From Octopus sinensis (lineage: Eukaryota): a stretch of 64,000 nt of DNA. The translations under genes and the position numbers were made by a program. Shown here piece after piece: positions 36,120 through 49,000 of the stretch (positions are counted from its first letter, which is position 1; each line of letters opens with the position of its first letter). Under the pieces are notes generated by a model. It was not told the DNA's origin. It did not search any database and saw only the letters and a list, made by a program, of their open reading frames with translations. Where the stretch lies: assembly GCF_006345805.1 (NCBI RefSeq), contig NC_043017.1:4650001-4714000 (forward strand), in the 5' to 3' direction.

Positions 36120-36911
36120 TTAAACAAGAAGGAAAAGCAGATATAAAACTTATGATTCAAAAAACAACAACAAAGAGAGAAGAAAAAAAACAAAGAAATT
36201 TAAAACATTTATTGAAGATTATAAATAACATGTTTGTTTTTTTTTTGTTGAGCATTACATCAATTTTTAAGTTAAATAGTCTTCTGCAAACATCTAGTCT
36301 TTGCTAACCTGTTTCATTTCATTTCATTTAATGTACCAACAATTCCATTCAACCAGGTCTTGGTGATGTATAAATAAAGGAAAAAAATTGTTTTTAAATC
36401 AAAGAAACTCAACAATATCAGGGAATCCAGCAATTCAAAAGCATAAAAATTTCTATAAATACCAGAATTTTTTTGATTGTTTTTTTTTTCCATTTTATTT
36501 GTTACAAAGTTATGAAGAGGATCATTTGTGCTTAAAAAGGAATTATACGCACGTTTAGAAAACTGCTGTCTGACGATGACATCACACAACAAAATCAGAG
36601 GCATACACATACACTCATACTTACATACATACACACACACACAAAATCACAAGAAAATCAGAGGCATACACATACACTCATATTTACATACATACATACA
36701 CACACATCTACAGACAGTTATGCTGAGAAGGTATTGAAGCACCAGCCGAAATATTAATGGCCCGTATCTTGCAACCAACAGTTCAAAGTGAAAACACTTA
36801 GCTCTCAACAACCCAGTTCTTTAACTCTTTAGCATTTAAATCGGCCGAATCCGGCCCAAATATTCCATCCGTTTTAGGTTCAAACAAGCCAGATCCAGCC
36901 TCTCACACCTA

Positions 36912-37077
36912 CCGTATTTTAACATGTATAAAGAACCCCCGCCCAAATTTTGGGGGCTTAAAATTTGGAAAAAAGGTTTTGTAAGGGATATTAATTATAT
37001 CCATGTATAAGAAACACCCATATTTTTTTAACCTAATTTTAACAAAAAAAGGGTTCATTATACACGTTAAAATACGA
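36912..37077. mobile_element. Pogo/Tigger-type MITE nested in a family D MITE
   Basis: TA|ccgtattttaacatgtataa...ttatacacgttaaaatacga|TA splits the host motif acaccTAccctacaatg; related ends at ~47105 and ~47512. Confidence 0.7.
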
Positions 37078-38677
37078 TACCTGACAATGTCATTTCTAAA
37101 AATAAAATAATCACATCATTGAAATCTCAAAGCTATGAGATAATGCATGATGAATTCTAAACAATGTGAATAAATAAATATGACATTTGACAGAATAATC
37201 TGAATACTAAAGGGTCAAACCATAAGAAGTACCAGTGCAGTGGAGCTTAATACAAGAGATGGGAGTAAGGAAAAACCACTAACTTGACAAAACGAGTTCC
37301 AATACTCCCGTAGGTAGAGCAGCAACTCTATAAAGCTGTTTTACCCCAAATACACTACATGAGGACAGCCTATAATAGTGCCTAAATAACCCCATAGGCA
37401 ATAAGACCCCCCCTTATGGAAATAATACATGTACAGATATATACAGTCATTCAGACACTAGCAGTAATTTTACAAACTAAATGTCTAGGTTTATTCATAA
37501 ATCAAACCAAATCAGTAAAATAAGTTGGTAGCTGGAATATACTGTGTTGTTTTGATACCCTGGTCCATCGTTGGGTATGAGACGTTTCGGCACTGCTGTT
37601 TTGGCGCCGCCTATTTGGCATCACTGAATTAATGCTGACTTATTTGACATCAGACTTTTTTGATGTCTCTCATTCTCTCCCTACCCTTTCTCTGTTACTC
37701 CCCCTCCTTCTCTCTCTCTCTCTCTCAATTCATGTGTGTGAGCATATTTCTGTTTGAAGAGAGGGAAAGTGTTCAATGTCAATCATGTTCAATCAATAAA
37801 TTGTAATGAATCTCTTTCCCTCTGTTTGTGTGTGTGTGAGCGCATCTCTCATTATGTGTGTTTGAGGGGAGAGAGAAAGAGCTGATGTCAACTGTTCAAC
37901 TAATAAATTGTAATATCTCTCTTTCTCACTCCTATCTGTATGTGTATCTTTCCATGCATGTGTGTGTGTGTGTGTCTGTCTAGTGTCAAAAACTACTGTG
38001 ATCAAAGCAAGCTGAATGTCCAGTCCACATTGCCAATTCGTCTCATTCTGTTTATTATCCATACAATGACAAAAAATAAAGAAGAGAGAATCCATTTGAA
38101 AACCTTTAAGTTTATTTTATCAAATGTCTATAACGCCATTCTATCTGTTCCATAAATATCCATCAACTTACAAAGTTCTCACTTATTGTGTGTGTGTGCA
38201 TGTACGTGGATGTTAAGTCAATTCTTCTCTATATAATTTCTGAGTGTTACATAGCTCGTATGAGTGCATTAATTAAAACGTTCATCTAAGCCAGTTATTG
38301 AGAAAACAGAGCAGATTATTTCTGACAGCCATGCTGCAAATGTAACTGGTTATCTCGTCTATAATAGTATAGAACAATGGATATGAAAGCAGCATTATCA
38401 GGTTATTAATGATAAAATGGATTTAACTGTTACCTACCTACCTACTTCAACTTTTAATATTTATTGTTGTAGAATAGATCTATGGCATTATTGGTCAAGG
38501 TGTCCTTATTCTTTCCAGAATTAATTCTTTAGTTTGTTTGTTTTAACCATCAAAATTAAGGCAATGCTGCAGCACTGCCCTAGAATAACACTGTTTATAC
38601 ACATGCACATACATACATGTATATATGCATACACACACACACACACTTTGTGTGGAAAAGAAACAAGATGAAGAAAT

Positions 38678-38763
<86 letters not shown>

Positions 38764-38764
38764 A

Positions 38765-38917
38765 TGTAAAAAACTGTCTGATGAACGGCAACGAGAAACT
38801 CAGAGTAACAGATTTTGTTGAATTTTCTGCTGCTTTAAATAAAGCATATTACTCTACCACTGGTATTTGAGTACTCTTTTTTCCACCTTGTTTCACATTT
38901 ATGTGTTTACTCCGGTA
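38765..38917 (+). mobile_element. (TA)n-inserted Penelope-type terminal fragment with a minimal hammerhead motif and AATAAA
   Basis: aaaaactgt-CTGATGA-acggcaacga-GAAA-ctcagag-TA-acagatttt at 38769-38816. Confidence 0.55.
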
Positions 38918-39509
38918 TATATATATGTATAAATATATACTTAGTAAGAGAGAAAGAGAGAGAGATGGGAGTAGAAATACCATGACTGACCAGTACAATT
39001 TTAGCTGTATGCATTTAACCAACCCCTTTTTTCTTCTTTAGGCAGGATTTAGAGGATTCCCCTCCCTGTCCCACAATCCCTCCACCCAAAAAAAAAAAAA
39101 AAGAAAACTAACAATCAGTAACAACGTTAAGTGATCAATGGGTGTTGAAAGAAATATACAAAAAAGAGATGAGGATGGAAGACTTGATCAATATTTTATG
39201 GATTAATTGGAAAAAAAAAAAAAAGCAAAGAAAAACTGTCTTTCACGTTGTCTCTGGAATAGTTTTTCTGTTTTATCACCGTTATTGCTGAAGAAAGTTG
39301 ACCAACCAACTGGAAAGTATAAATGCAGTTTGTTGTTGTTGTTCTTCTTCTTGCTGTTGTTGAGACTGTCAATCAACTGATGATAATGGACGGGCCACTG
39401 GCAGCAGTGACCAGTAAGTCCAGGTTTAGGTGACGGACTGCGGCCAAATGCGAAGAGATTTGATAAGGTTCTTCTTCAAGTCGTACTGGTGTACTAGTGC
39501 ACACAAACA

Positions 39510-39600
39510 TCACTTTAGACCGTAGAGGTCAGATAATTTACTCGCATGGTCGTAAGCATGAATGTTCATAAGCAGTTTACAAATGAGACCAATGTGTTCC
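39510..39600 (-). CDS. PAXBP1: PAXBP1 terminal coding exon
   Basis: tttcag|EHIGLICKLLMNIHAYDHASKLSDLYGLK-TGA. Confidence 0.88.
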
Positions 39601-40795
39601 CTGAAAAAGAAAAAAAAGAAAGAAAGAAAATTAAAAACAAATTTAAAACAAGCATTAAAATAAGTGGTGTGAGTTCAATTCCCTTGCATACTAATGCCAT
39701 TTTTTATCATTATGGGAATTTGAACTCGGAATGTAAAAGGGTCTTGTGATATTAGACACTAAATGTTGGGGACAAATTATCAAATTAATCAACCTTATCT
39801 CCACATAAATTCCAACCCGTGACCAAATCCTAATAAAGGTCCTCCATCACACACAACACACACTTGTCAATCCTCTGCCTATATTACAAAGGCAGAGATA
39901 AAAAGAAGTTGAGACATTCATGATTTCCCAAAATCTAGTTTCACTTTCAATGCCAATGAAAGTGAAACTAGATTTGCAATGTAAAATTGGTTTGCTGCCC
40001 TTATGTTTTATAGACAAATACAGGACATCCTCATCACTATCTACTTTCCGTGCTGACAGGAACCTGCATGCCAGAAGACTCTGCCAAGCTTCCCTGTCTG
40101 CTTTGGCATGGTTTTTGTGACTGGATGCCCTTCCTTATCACAAATACTATGATAAATTGTAAATTCGATGCAAGAGAAAATACTATTATGTACCTGATTT
40201 CCTTGTCACTTTCTTTAGAGACGTCTCTTTTCTTCCAAAAAGACTCAGCAGCAGTCATGAGAAACCGAGAGAAATTCTCCAAAAGAGGAATGGTCTTGTC
40301 TTCTTCCAGGTCAACAAACCATTGTTTAGGAAATGTAGAGACAATCTAGAAAGAAAAAAATTTTCTTTTAAATATAGGAAAAAAAAACAAACTATTTTCA
40401 CATATATTGACTAGTTTACCTGCCTACTGGGTCATCTGACTAATTACAACTACCCATCACACATCCACCGAAACCCTCCACCATTTATTCCAGATCCCCG
40501 TGACACTCCAGTAATAGATGTGCTTCATCTTAACCCAAGTAAAGTAGATGACCAAAGCCATTCTCTTAAGGAAAACAAAGCTTTATAGATATAATATATA
40601 TATATAAACTCAACTGGTACTTTATTTTATCAACCCTGAAAAGATGAAAGGCAAAGTTGACCTTGGTAGAATTTTAACACGGATATAAGGAGCCAAAACA
40701 AATACCACAAAGCACTTTCTCCAATCTTACAACAATCCTGTCAGGTTGGCACTGTAAATAAAGTTGAACCACTAATGTGTGAGTGTGTATGTATG

Positions 40796-40830
<35 letters not shown>

Positions 40831-43800
40831 GAGAGGGTGCTGAAAAGTTCCTAGCTTCAGATAAAAGAAAATACAGGAGAATCAGTTAATTATGATTTTA
40901 CTCAACATATTCCCCTCTCAGATTCACACGCTTATTACAGCGGTCCTTTAAGTTTTCTAAACCCTGTAAAAGAACTTAGAAGGTTGGGTTCTCACCAACC
41001 AGGCCTATATTTTAATATTTTGCTTAGGCAGTGCAATGCTAATAACTTACTAGAACTCAATATGCATATGATTCAGGACAAAGTGTCAGGTGAATACTGA
41101 GGGTGACACTCAAGCACTTGACTATGACTGCATTGCACCTTATAGCAGAAACACCTGTAAGCTAATGAAGATCATAACAATTATTTATTCCGTTCTCTTC
41201 CTAATTTCTTATAAGAAATTATATATTCTTATTTATAATTTCTTATATATATATACGCCAGCTGAATTCAATTCGTCTGAGTCGAAAGACACCTGTTGTT
41301 ATGTCCTGTTATTATTATTGTTTTTTGTATTTATATCCGTGTAACATCGTCTGTTTTTCTGTCCTTGTTTCGTATACATTCGATCCTTTTCCCAAGAAAT
41401 CTAATGCTTGTATCTTAGGTTTTTCTTTGGGGCTGGCCAGATTGGAGCAATCTCAAGATTAATCAGCCGAAATTGCGAGGATGATCCAGTTCTTGACTGA
41501 AGATTAGAGGCTTTGAGTGACCCGTCCGTGTTTTTTGGATCGTCTATTTGAATGTTTTGTATTCTTGTCCCGTTTTGTATTTATATATATAAAAGTAATT
41601 TTAGAGACAGAACCACCCTCAACTCAATCAACTTTGGAACATATTATACCTGACCGAGCCATCAAATATTAAATATTATACTTACTATATCTATTCAGGG
41701 ACTTGATAATGCCAATGTAAGGGATTCTGAATAGATATAGTAAGTATAATATTTAATATTTGATGACTCGGTCGGGTATAATATCTTCCAAAGTTGACTG
41801 AGTTGAATGTGGTTCTGTCACTAAAATTACTTTTATATATATGAATAAAATATTGAGAGTTCACTTTTGTACCTGTAATTTGAACGTTTCATTCCTGCGG
41901 ATTCAGAATTAATCTTCCCTAATAATTATAATATATATATATCATCATCATCATCGTTTAACGCCCGCTTTCCATGCTAGCATGGGTCGGGCGATTTGAC
42001 TGAGGACTGGCGAACCAGATGGCTGCACCAGGCTCCAATCTTGATCTGGCAGAGTTTCTACAGCTGGATTCCCTTCCTAACACCAATCACTCCGAGAGTG
42101 TAGTGGGTGCTTTTATGTCCCACCGGCACGAGGGCCAGCCAGGCAGTACTGGCAACAGCCACAAAAAATTTTAATTTTTTTTACGTGTCACCTGCACACT
42201 AGCACAAGTGCCAGTAAGGCGACACTGGTAACGATCACGCTCAAATGGTGCTTTTTACGTGCCACCGGTACGAGCGCCAGTTAGCCGCTCTGGCAACGAT
42301 CACACTCAGAGATATATGTATACACACACACACACACATACATATAGAGAGACACACACTAGAATCAACTATGTCTCCTCTCTGTACATAAAATTAGCCC
42401 TGTACCTAAACAAAACAATCTTCAGTATTCTCATGCACAACAGTCTTCAGGAAGCCAGGTTCACCAAAATATATGTTCAATTCGAAGTTAAGTCACCTTA
42501 CCGCTGAGCATTTCTGCAAGACTTCTGCATTGAGGGGAGAAGTCTGCAGACCCAAGAGAATATAACGATTCAGTAACCCTTCCAAAGCGAGGCTGTGCAA
42601 CATTTTCGTAGCCAGGACTCGATACCAGCTCAGGATGTTCCCTAATAGCTGAAAAGATAGAAGAAAACTCAGGTGAGAAATGAACCCACGAGAACAGATG
42701 ATAAGACTAAATGGTCTCCATTATTTAATATTTGCAAAGTTTTTGACATTTAGACTGACCCCGGAGACCCACACAATCCCCATTTTATTACGATTTGCAC
42801 AAAGATAAGACTGAACTAAATTAAGTAAAATAGTTGTCTTCTACACATACAAGCTTGTCCTTTCACAGGCCATTGTCACTGTAACTTAGCAGTTCAGCAA
42901 AAGAGACCGATAGAATAAGTACTAGGCTTACAAAGAATAAGTCCTGGGGTCAATTTGCTCGTATAAAGGCATCTGATGCTGGTGTGTTTACGTCTCTGTA
43001 ACTTAGCGGTTCGGCAAAAGAGACCGATAGAATAAGTACTAGGCTTACAAAGAATAAGTCCTGGGGTCAATTTGCTCGAATAAAGGCCAGTGTCACTTAA
43101 AAGCATCTGATGCTGGTGTGTTTACGTCTCTGTAACTTAGCGGTTCGGCAAAAGAGATCGATAGAATAAGTACTAGGCTTACAAAGAATAAGTCCTGGGG
43201 TCAATTTGCTCGAATAAAGGCCAGTGTCACTTAAAAGCATCTGATGCTGGTGTGTTTACGTCTCTGTAACTTAGCGGTTCGGCAAAAGAGACCGATAGAA
43301 TAAGTACTAGGCTTACAAAGAATAAGTCCTGGGGTCGATTTGCTCGAATAAAGGCCAGTGTCACTTAAAAGCATCCGATGCTGGTGTGTTTACGTCTCCG
43401 TAACTTAGCAGTTCAGCAAAAGAGACCGACAGAATAAGTACTAATAAGGATATTATCCAACCATCTCATTCTTTGTCTATCTCTAAGTCTTCTGCCTGTT
43501 GTCTTGGCTTGAAGAATTCGTCTTGTGATTTTCTTCCTGTGACATTCTAATCACATGTTCATAGGACTGGAGCTGTGACCCCTCTGATGTCTCAGCTATG
43601 CCTCTCGTCAAGTCACATTACACCAGAGATCTTTTGGAGAAACCCCATTTCTGCCAATTGTGTTTAAATAAAAAGAAATACTCCAAACCCTTTTTGTGTG
43701 TAATGCCACATTCTAGAATACTCATTTCCATGATTTCTTAGAAGTCGGGTCGACATGCTCAAACACTAATTGGTTTACCTAAAGAATCGAGTAAAGAAAT

Positions 43801-44525
43801 GCCAAAAGCTTCTTAACAAAATAAAAACAAAACTTTATAGGAGATCACTCACTTTAATGCAACTCCAAGACTGTCTGTGGAAGAATACAGCTGGACCACT
43901 GGACCGATTTTCCAAGATACTAAAGGAAAAGAAAATACAGACAGATGTGTGAGATGTGAAATTATTTACTGAGAAATATGGAATTATTAAGATGTTATTA
44001 CACATTTAGCTCACAAATAGGAAACACTGTTCATCTGATATATTAAAAGTATTTCCTTTCAGCATTTAAACCAGTACAAATACAGTTCTATATTTAAGAG
44101 ATGAGGAATTATGTACATTATGTACATTATTTACAACTGACGGATATTTGTCCTCATCTTGTTTGTTGTTCTCTCCTGATGAAGGCTGAAATGTTGTGTT
44201 AACAACAAACAAGATGAGAACAAATACCTGTCAAATGTAAATAATGTACAGTACAAATATTTTATGTCCATGCTGTCTGTTGTGGCATGGTTCCTATGGC
44301 TTGGTGCTTTTTACATGCCAGTGGCATGGGTGGATTTACACAGCACTGGCATGGGTCACGCTACTTATTTCCTGTCAGGGATGCTGGCAGCAATAGATTA
44401 ATGTTTCAGCTGATTGTTTCACTATTAATTCGATTAACCATAACACTTCTAGACATTTATGTACAAGGGTAAATAAAATTAAAAAGCAAGATGACATTCT
44501 TGAAGGTGCCAATACTACACTCAAA

Positions 44526-44607
<82 letters not shown>

Positions 44608-46015
44608 TCACGATTTAAGGTAGAGTGGCATGAAAACATCATCATCCAACGTCTTTTTCATCCTCTCAACCACTGCCTGCAATAATGCCTGTCAGAAAAA
44701 AACAAAAATAAGAAATACTTATAAATCTTGAAAAAGAGTCCCTGTCTGTCCCCATCCTTCTCCCAACACCAGTGTAAAATGGCAGTTGTGGAAAGGGCTT
44801 TCATCTACTGTCGTTTGGTTCACAACAACTCAGCACTTTTTTCTTAGTCTTGGCACACTTTCTGTAACTTGAAGGAATGCACAGGGACATTTTCCCGATC
44901 ACCTCCTTTCTTTTCCAATTGGGGTAACCATGAATATCTTTTACAGCAAGACACCTGTTCCTCTTTTGCTACCATAATTTAACATTCTGCCACCTAGCAT
45001 TCAGTTGAGGGCTCTTGTCTTGCAGATTACTTGGTCACCTCACTGGTGATGGTGCCACATAAAAAGCATGCAATACACACAGTAAAGTGGTTGGTGTTAG
45101 AAAGGTGCTTCCAGCTGTAGAAACCATGCCACAATGGGAAATAGATGTTAAATGATGCAGATGAATCATATAGGACCAAGATTGGTTAGTCTACATCACT
45201 CCATAAGGAGCACAGGGCCAGTTTATCAGCTTCTCTAAGATATATATATATTCCTCCCTGGACTGGACGCTGGTGCATCACAGGATTACACATTTTTACC
45301 AGTGGAGTGGACTAGAGCAAAGTGAAATGAAATATCTTGCTCAAGAACACAACACATCATCGCATGGTCAGGAATGGAAACCACAATCTTACGATCATGA
45401 GTCCAACATCCTAACCACTAAGCCATGCGGCTCCACATAAGACCAAGGTGCTGAGTAATAAATCTAATACAATATCATGGCCAGTTGAAGGATCAGAAAT
45501 GGTCGGGGGGTTGTGTATGTTAGTGTACAGACGTACCTGTGTGTTTTTGCTTTCTCCGTGAACAGTGGGGTAATCTTGGCACAACCGCTGAACCAGGTTG
45601 ACAAATCGTGACGTCTGTGACGTTGACAGAGGATCCCAAACATCAACAGCTATGACTAGAAATGAGAAAATAACTTGCACTGTAAAAGGCTTGTAATAAT
45701 ACTTCAAGTCAATATTATACAGACGTACACACACACAAACATATATATACATACATTCACACACACACAGATATACATACATACACACATATATATATAT
45801 ATAAATAAATGAAAGAATGGAGTCGAACGAAGATGTTAACAAAATTCCTTTACTCTCGATATATGTTTCAAAGACAACATGGTTTCATTCCAAAGGAATA
45901 AAGGGTGTAAGATGCAATCTTCTCATCAGGAAAGAAAGGGAGCCTCTCTCGACAACAAGACAAACAAAAATTTCCCATGCTGACGATAAACATAGGATAA
46001 TTCATTCACCTATTG

Positions 46016-46055
<40 letters not shown>

Positions 46056-49000
46056 ATACACACACATACATAAATTTTGTTAAATTACAATTATTTTACA
46101 GTTTAGAAAATAACATGTTTCAAGCTGAATGGAGGAATATTTTGGAAGTTGAACAGAAAAACAACAAATCATTTGAGGATCACAATTTCCAGCCTTGTTA
46201 AAATCCTCATCGCTTTCCTTACAAATGAATATTGCAATGACTCTTATCTAAAATACCTTACGTTATTGATAACACAAAACAATGAGAGCTTAGCGATGAA
46301 TGAATGGCAAACATTTTCAACAACATCCACCTTAATCTGTCTCTTATCATCTGTCATACCAGGGCCAGATTATATCAAGGTGGCATAATCAACAAAGAAA
46401 GTAAGCAACAACTAAATAACATCCATCTCAGTTGAACTGTTGAAGGATGCAAAACAGCAGACATTTATCACGTGCATTCTGTATAACAATGGAGGTATTG
46501 GAATTAATAGACATTTCAATGCCCCCTCCCCTCTCGAAAATTCCTTGTCTTGCAAGTTACTTGGAGACCCTGCCAGTGCTGGTGCCACATAAAAAGCACC
46601 CAGTCCACACTGTGAAGTGGTTGGCATTTGGAAAGGCATCCAGCTGTAAAAACCAAGCAAAAACTGACATCACCTGTGCTGGTGCCACGTAAAAAGCACT
46701 CAGTCCATTCTGCAGAGTGAGGGGTCAGATGTGTAGGAGTAGAGGAGTAAGGGGTCAGATCTGAAGGCGTGAGGGGTCAGGTCTGGCCAGTTACATAAAA
46801 TATGTAGAATATTTGAGCCAGTTATGGCTGGTTTAAATGCAAAAGGGTTAATAGCTACAACAGGTTATATACCAAAGTATAGCATATAACAATTAAAACT
46901 GGTCCCCTAACCAGCAGTAAATGACCGACAGCATCTATAACTAATGTTACGATTAAGCCTCTTTTTGTTGTGGAAATAAAATATAAGACAATCATCCAAT
47001 TTTTGTATTTAAGATAGCAACAACAGTATTTCATTTTTTTAACAGTTTTTCATAACTTCCTCGTCCCAATTCTAAGATTTACAAAAATAGTTTTTGTAAA
47101 AATTTCCTTATTTACTAGTGTATAAGCTGCAATATTTTATAATTGATGTAAGGTGGCAAGCTGGCAGAATCATAACCACACCAGAAAAAAACTTCTTTGT
47201 GGTGTTTCTTCCGACTTAACATTCTGAGTTCAAATGCTGCCACAGTCAATTTCACATTTCATCCTTTCGGGGTTGTTAAAATAAGTACCAGTTGAACACT
47301 GGGGTTGATGTCATCAACGAACCTCGCTCCCCTGAAATTGCTGGCCTTGTGTCAAAATTTGAAACCAATATATTATACTTGTTTTTAACCAGAAAATTAG
47401 TCTGGGTGGTTAGTGACTTACAGAGCAACGATAAAATAATAAAAGGCCCAAAAACTTTGTATTAAGATTTAATACTGAAATAGGGTGTGACTTATACACA
47501 AGTAAATATGGTATATTAAATTATTCATTGAGTGACTAATCGAAAACTTCATTTATGTAATTGAATTAAATGGTAATGAAGCACTTGGAGAGCGCAAATC
47601 TCTGCCAAGGCAACACCAATGTCCTCTCAATGATTAGCCAGAGATGATTTTTAAAATGAGAATATCTGAAATAAACTTGACTGCTCTCACAAATGAGAAT
47701 ACTAAAATTGAAACCGACAGCTTTCAAAAATTAAGTAAAAAAAAACAGGAAAATTAATCCAGAATCCTTGTCCAGTACTGGATCGATCCCAAAATATAAT
47801 CAATTTGTGCCAGTCACGAGGTCAGACATCCCTGAAAGTTTCATACGAATCCATCCAGCAGTTCTTGAGATATCTTGCCCATGGACAAACAAACATACAA
47901 ACACGACTGAAAACAATACCTCCGCCTTTGCTAAGGCGGAGGTAATTAGAATGCAAGTCCCATTTACTTGATGACTTAGTATATGCTGCTGCATGGCACT
48001 TGGGGCAAGGCTCTTCTAGCAAAGTCTTGTCAGACATATAGAAGCCTGTCAGAGAGGGAGAGATACTGTCCCAGAGTGGTAAACTTAACCTGTTGCACCA
48101 TTTAACACCATCACCTTTAACAGAGTTTACTCTGTTGCAAACATCTCAACAGGGTCTCTGATCTGAGGATGTTTCTCACTAGCCTTAGAGAACCTGAAAA
48201 AGGGTTATGCCATGTGCAGAGCCGTTGTTCCTCACTTTAAGCCAATAAATAAAGAAATAATCAAACAATATACATCCTATTATATCCATGCATATCGACT
48301 GAACGGTCATCTTTGGATGGAGGCGATGGCAGCAGAGGTTATCTGCTGATCAATTTTACACCTGTCTTCCCTCTCCTCTTACCTGTTAGCTTAGGTAGAA
48401 TTACCTTCTCCACAATACTTGGTATGAACTTGATGCTATCCTCATCTTGTGAAATGCTTTCATCTTGATAGCTATACATTGCACAACACTCATACCACCG
48501 ACAATCTTCGAAATCTTTAGCATTTTCCTGTAACAAGATGAAAAAACAAATAATGATAAAAAAAAACTGACCACGAAAAGATTAAAGGCATAATTGATCA
48601 ATACAAGATTTGAACTCAAAAATTTTAAGAGATTGATACAGACAGAATAGCACACATCACATTTTTTTCTGATGTTCGAAAGATTTTGCTAATCCACCAC
48701 CCAATATAATCCCTTCTATAGGCACAAGGCCTGAAATTTAGGTGAGGGGGATAGTCGATTAGATTGACCCCAGTGCTCAACTGGTACTTAATTTTATCAA
48801 TCCTAAAAGAAAGAAAGGCAAAGTTGACCTCAGCAGGATTTGAACTCAGAACATGAAGACTGATGAAATGACACTAAGCTATATAATAACTGTGTTTCAT
48901 CCTTCCACTACAGGGTCCAGTCCTTGTTATGACGTAGGGGCTTGTATGCCTCAATGACCCTGAGAGCTATGCTAATCGAGTGGAAGCTCCTGTTAAGGCC

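Noticed and set aside
36591-36715. 63-bp direct duplication
   Set aside because: Microsatellite-associated slippage; real but unremarkable.
37575-37660. gggtatgagacgtttcggca...ttggcgccg, a possible DNA-transposon terminus
   Set aside because: No matching second terminus or TSD was found, so it is not supportable as a feature.
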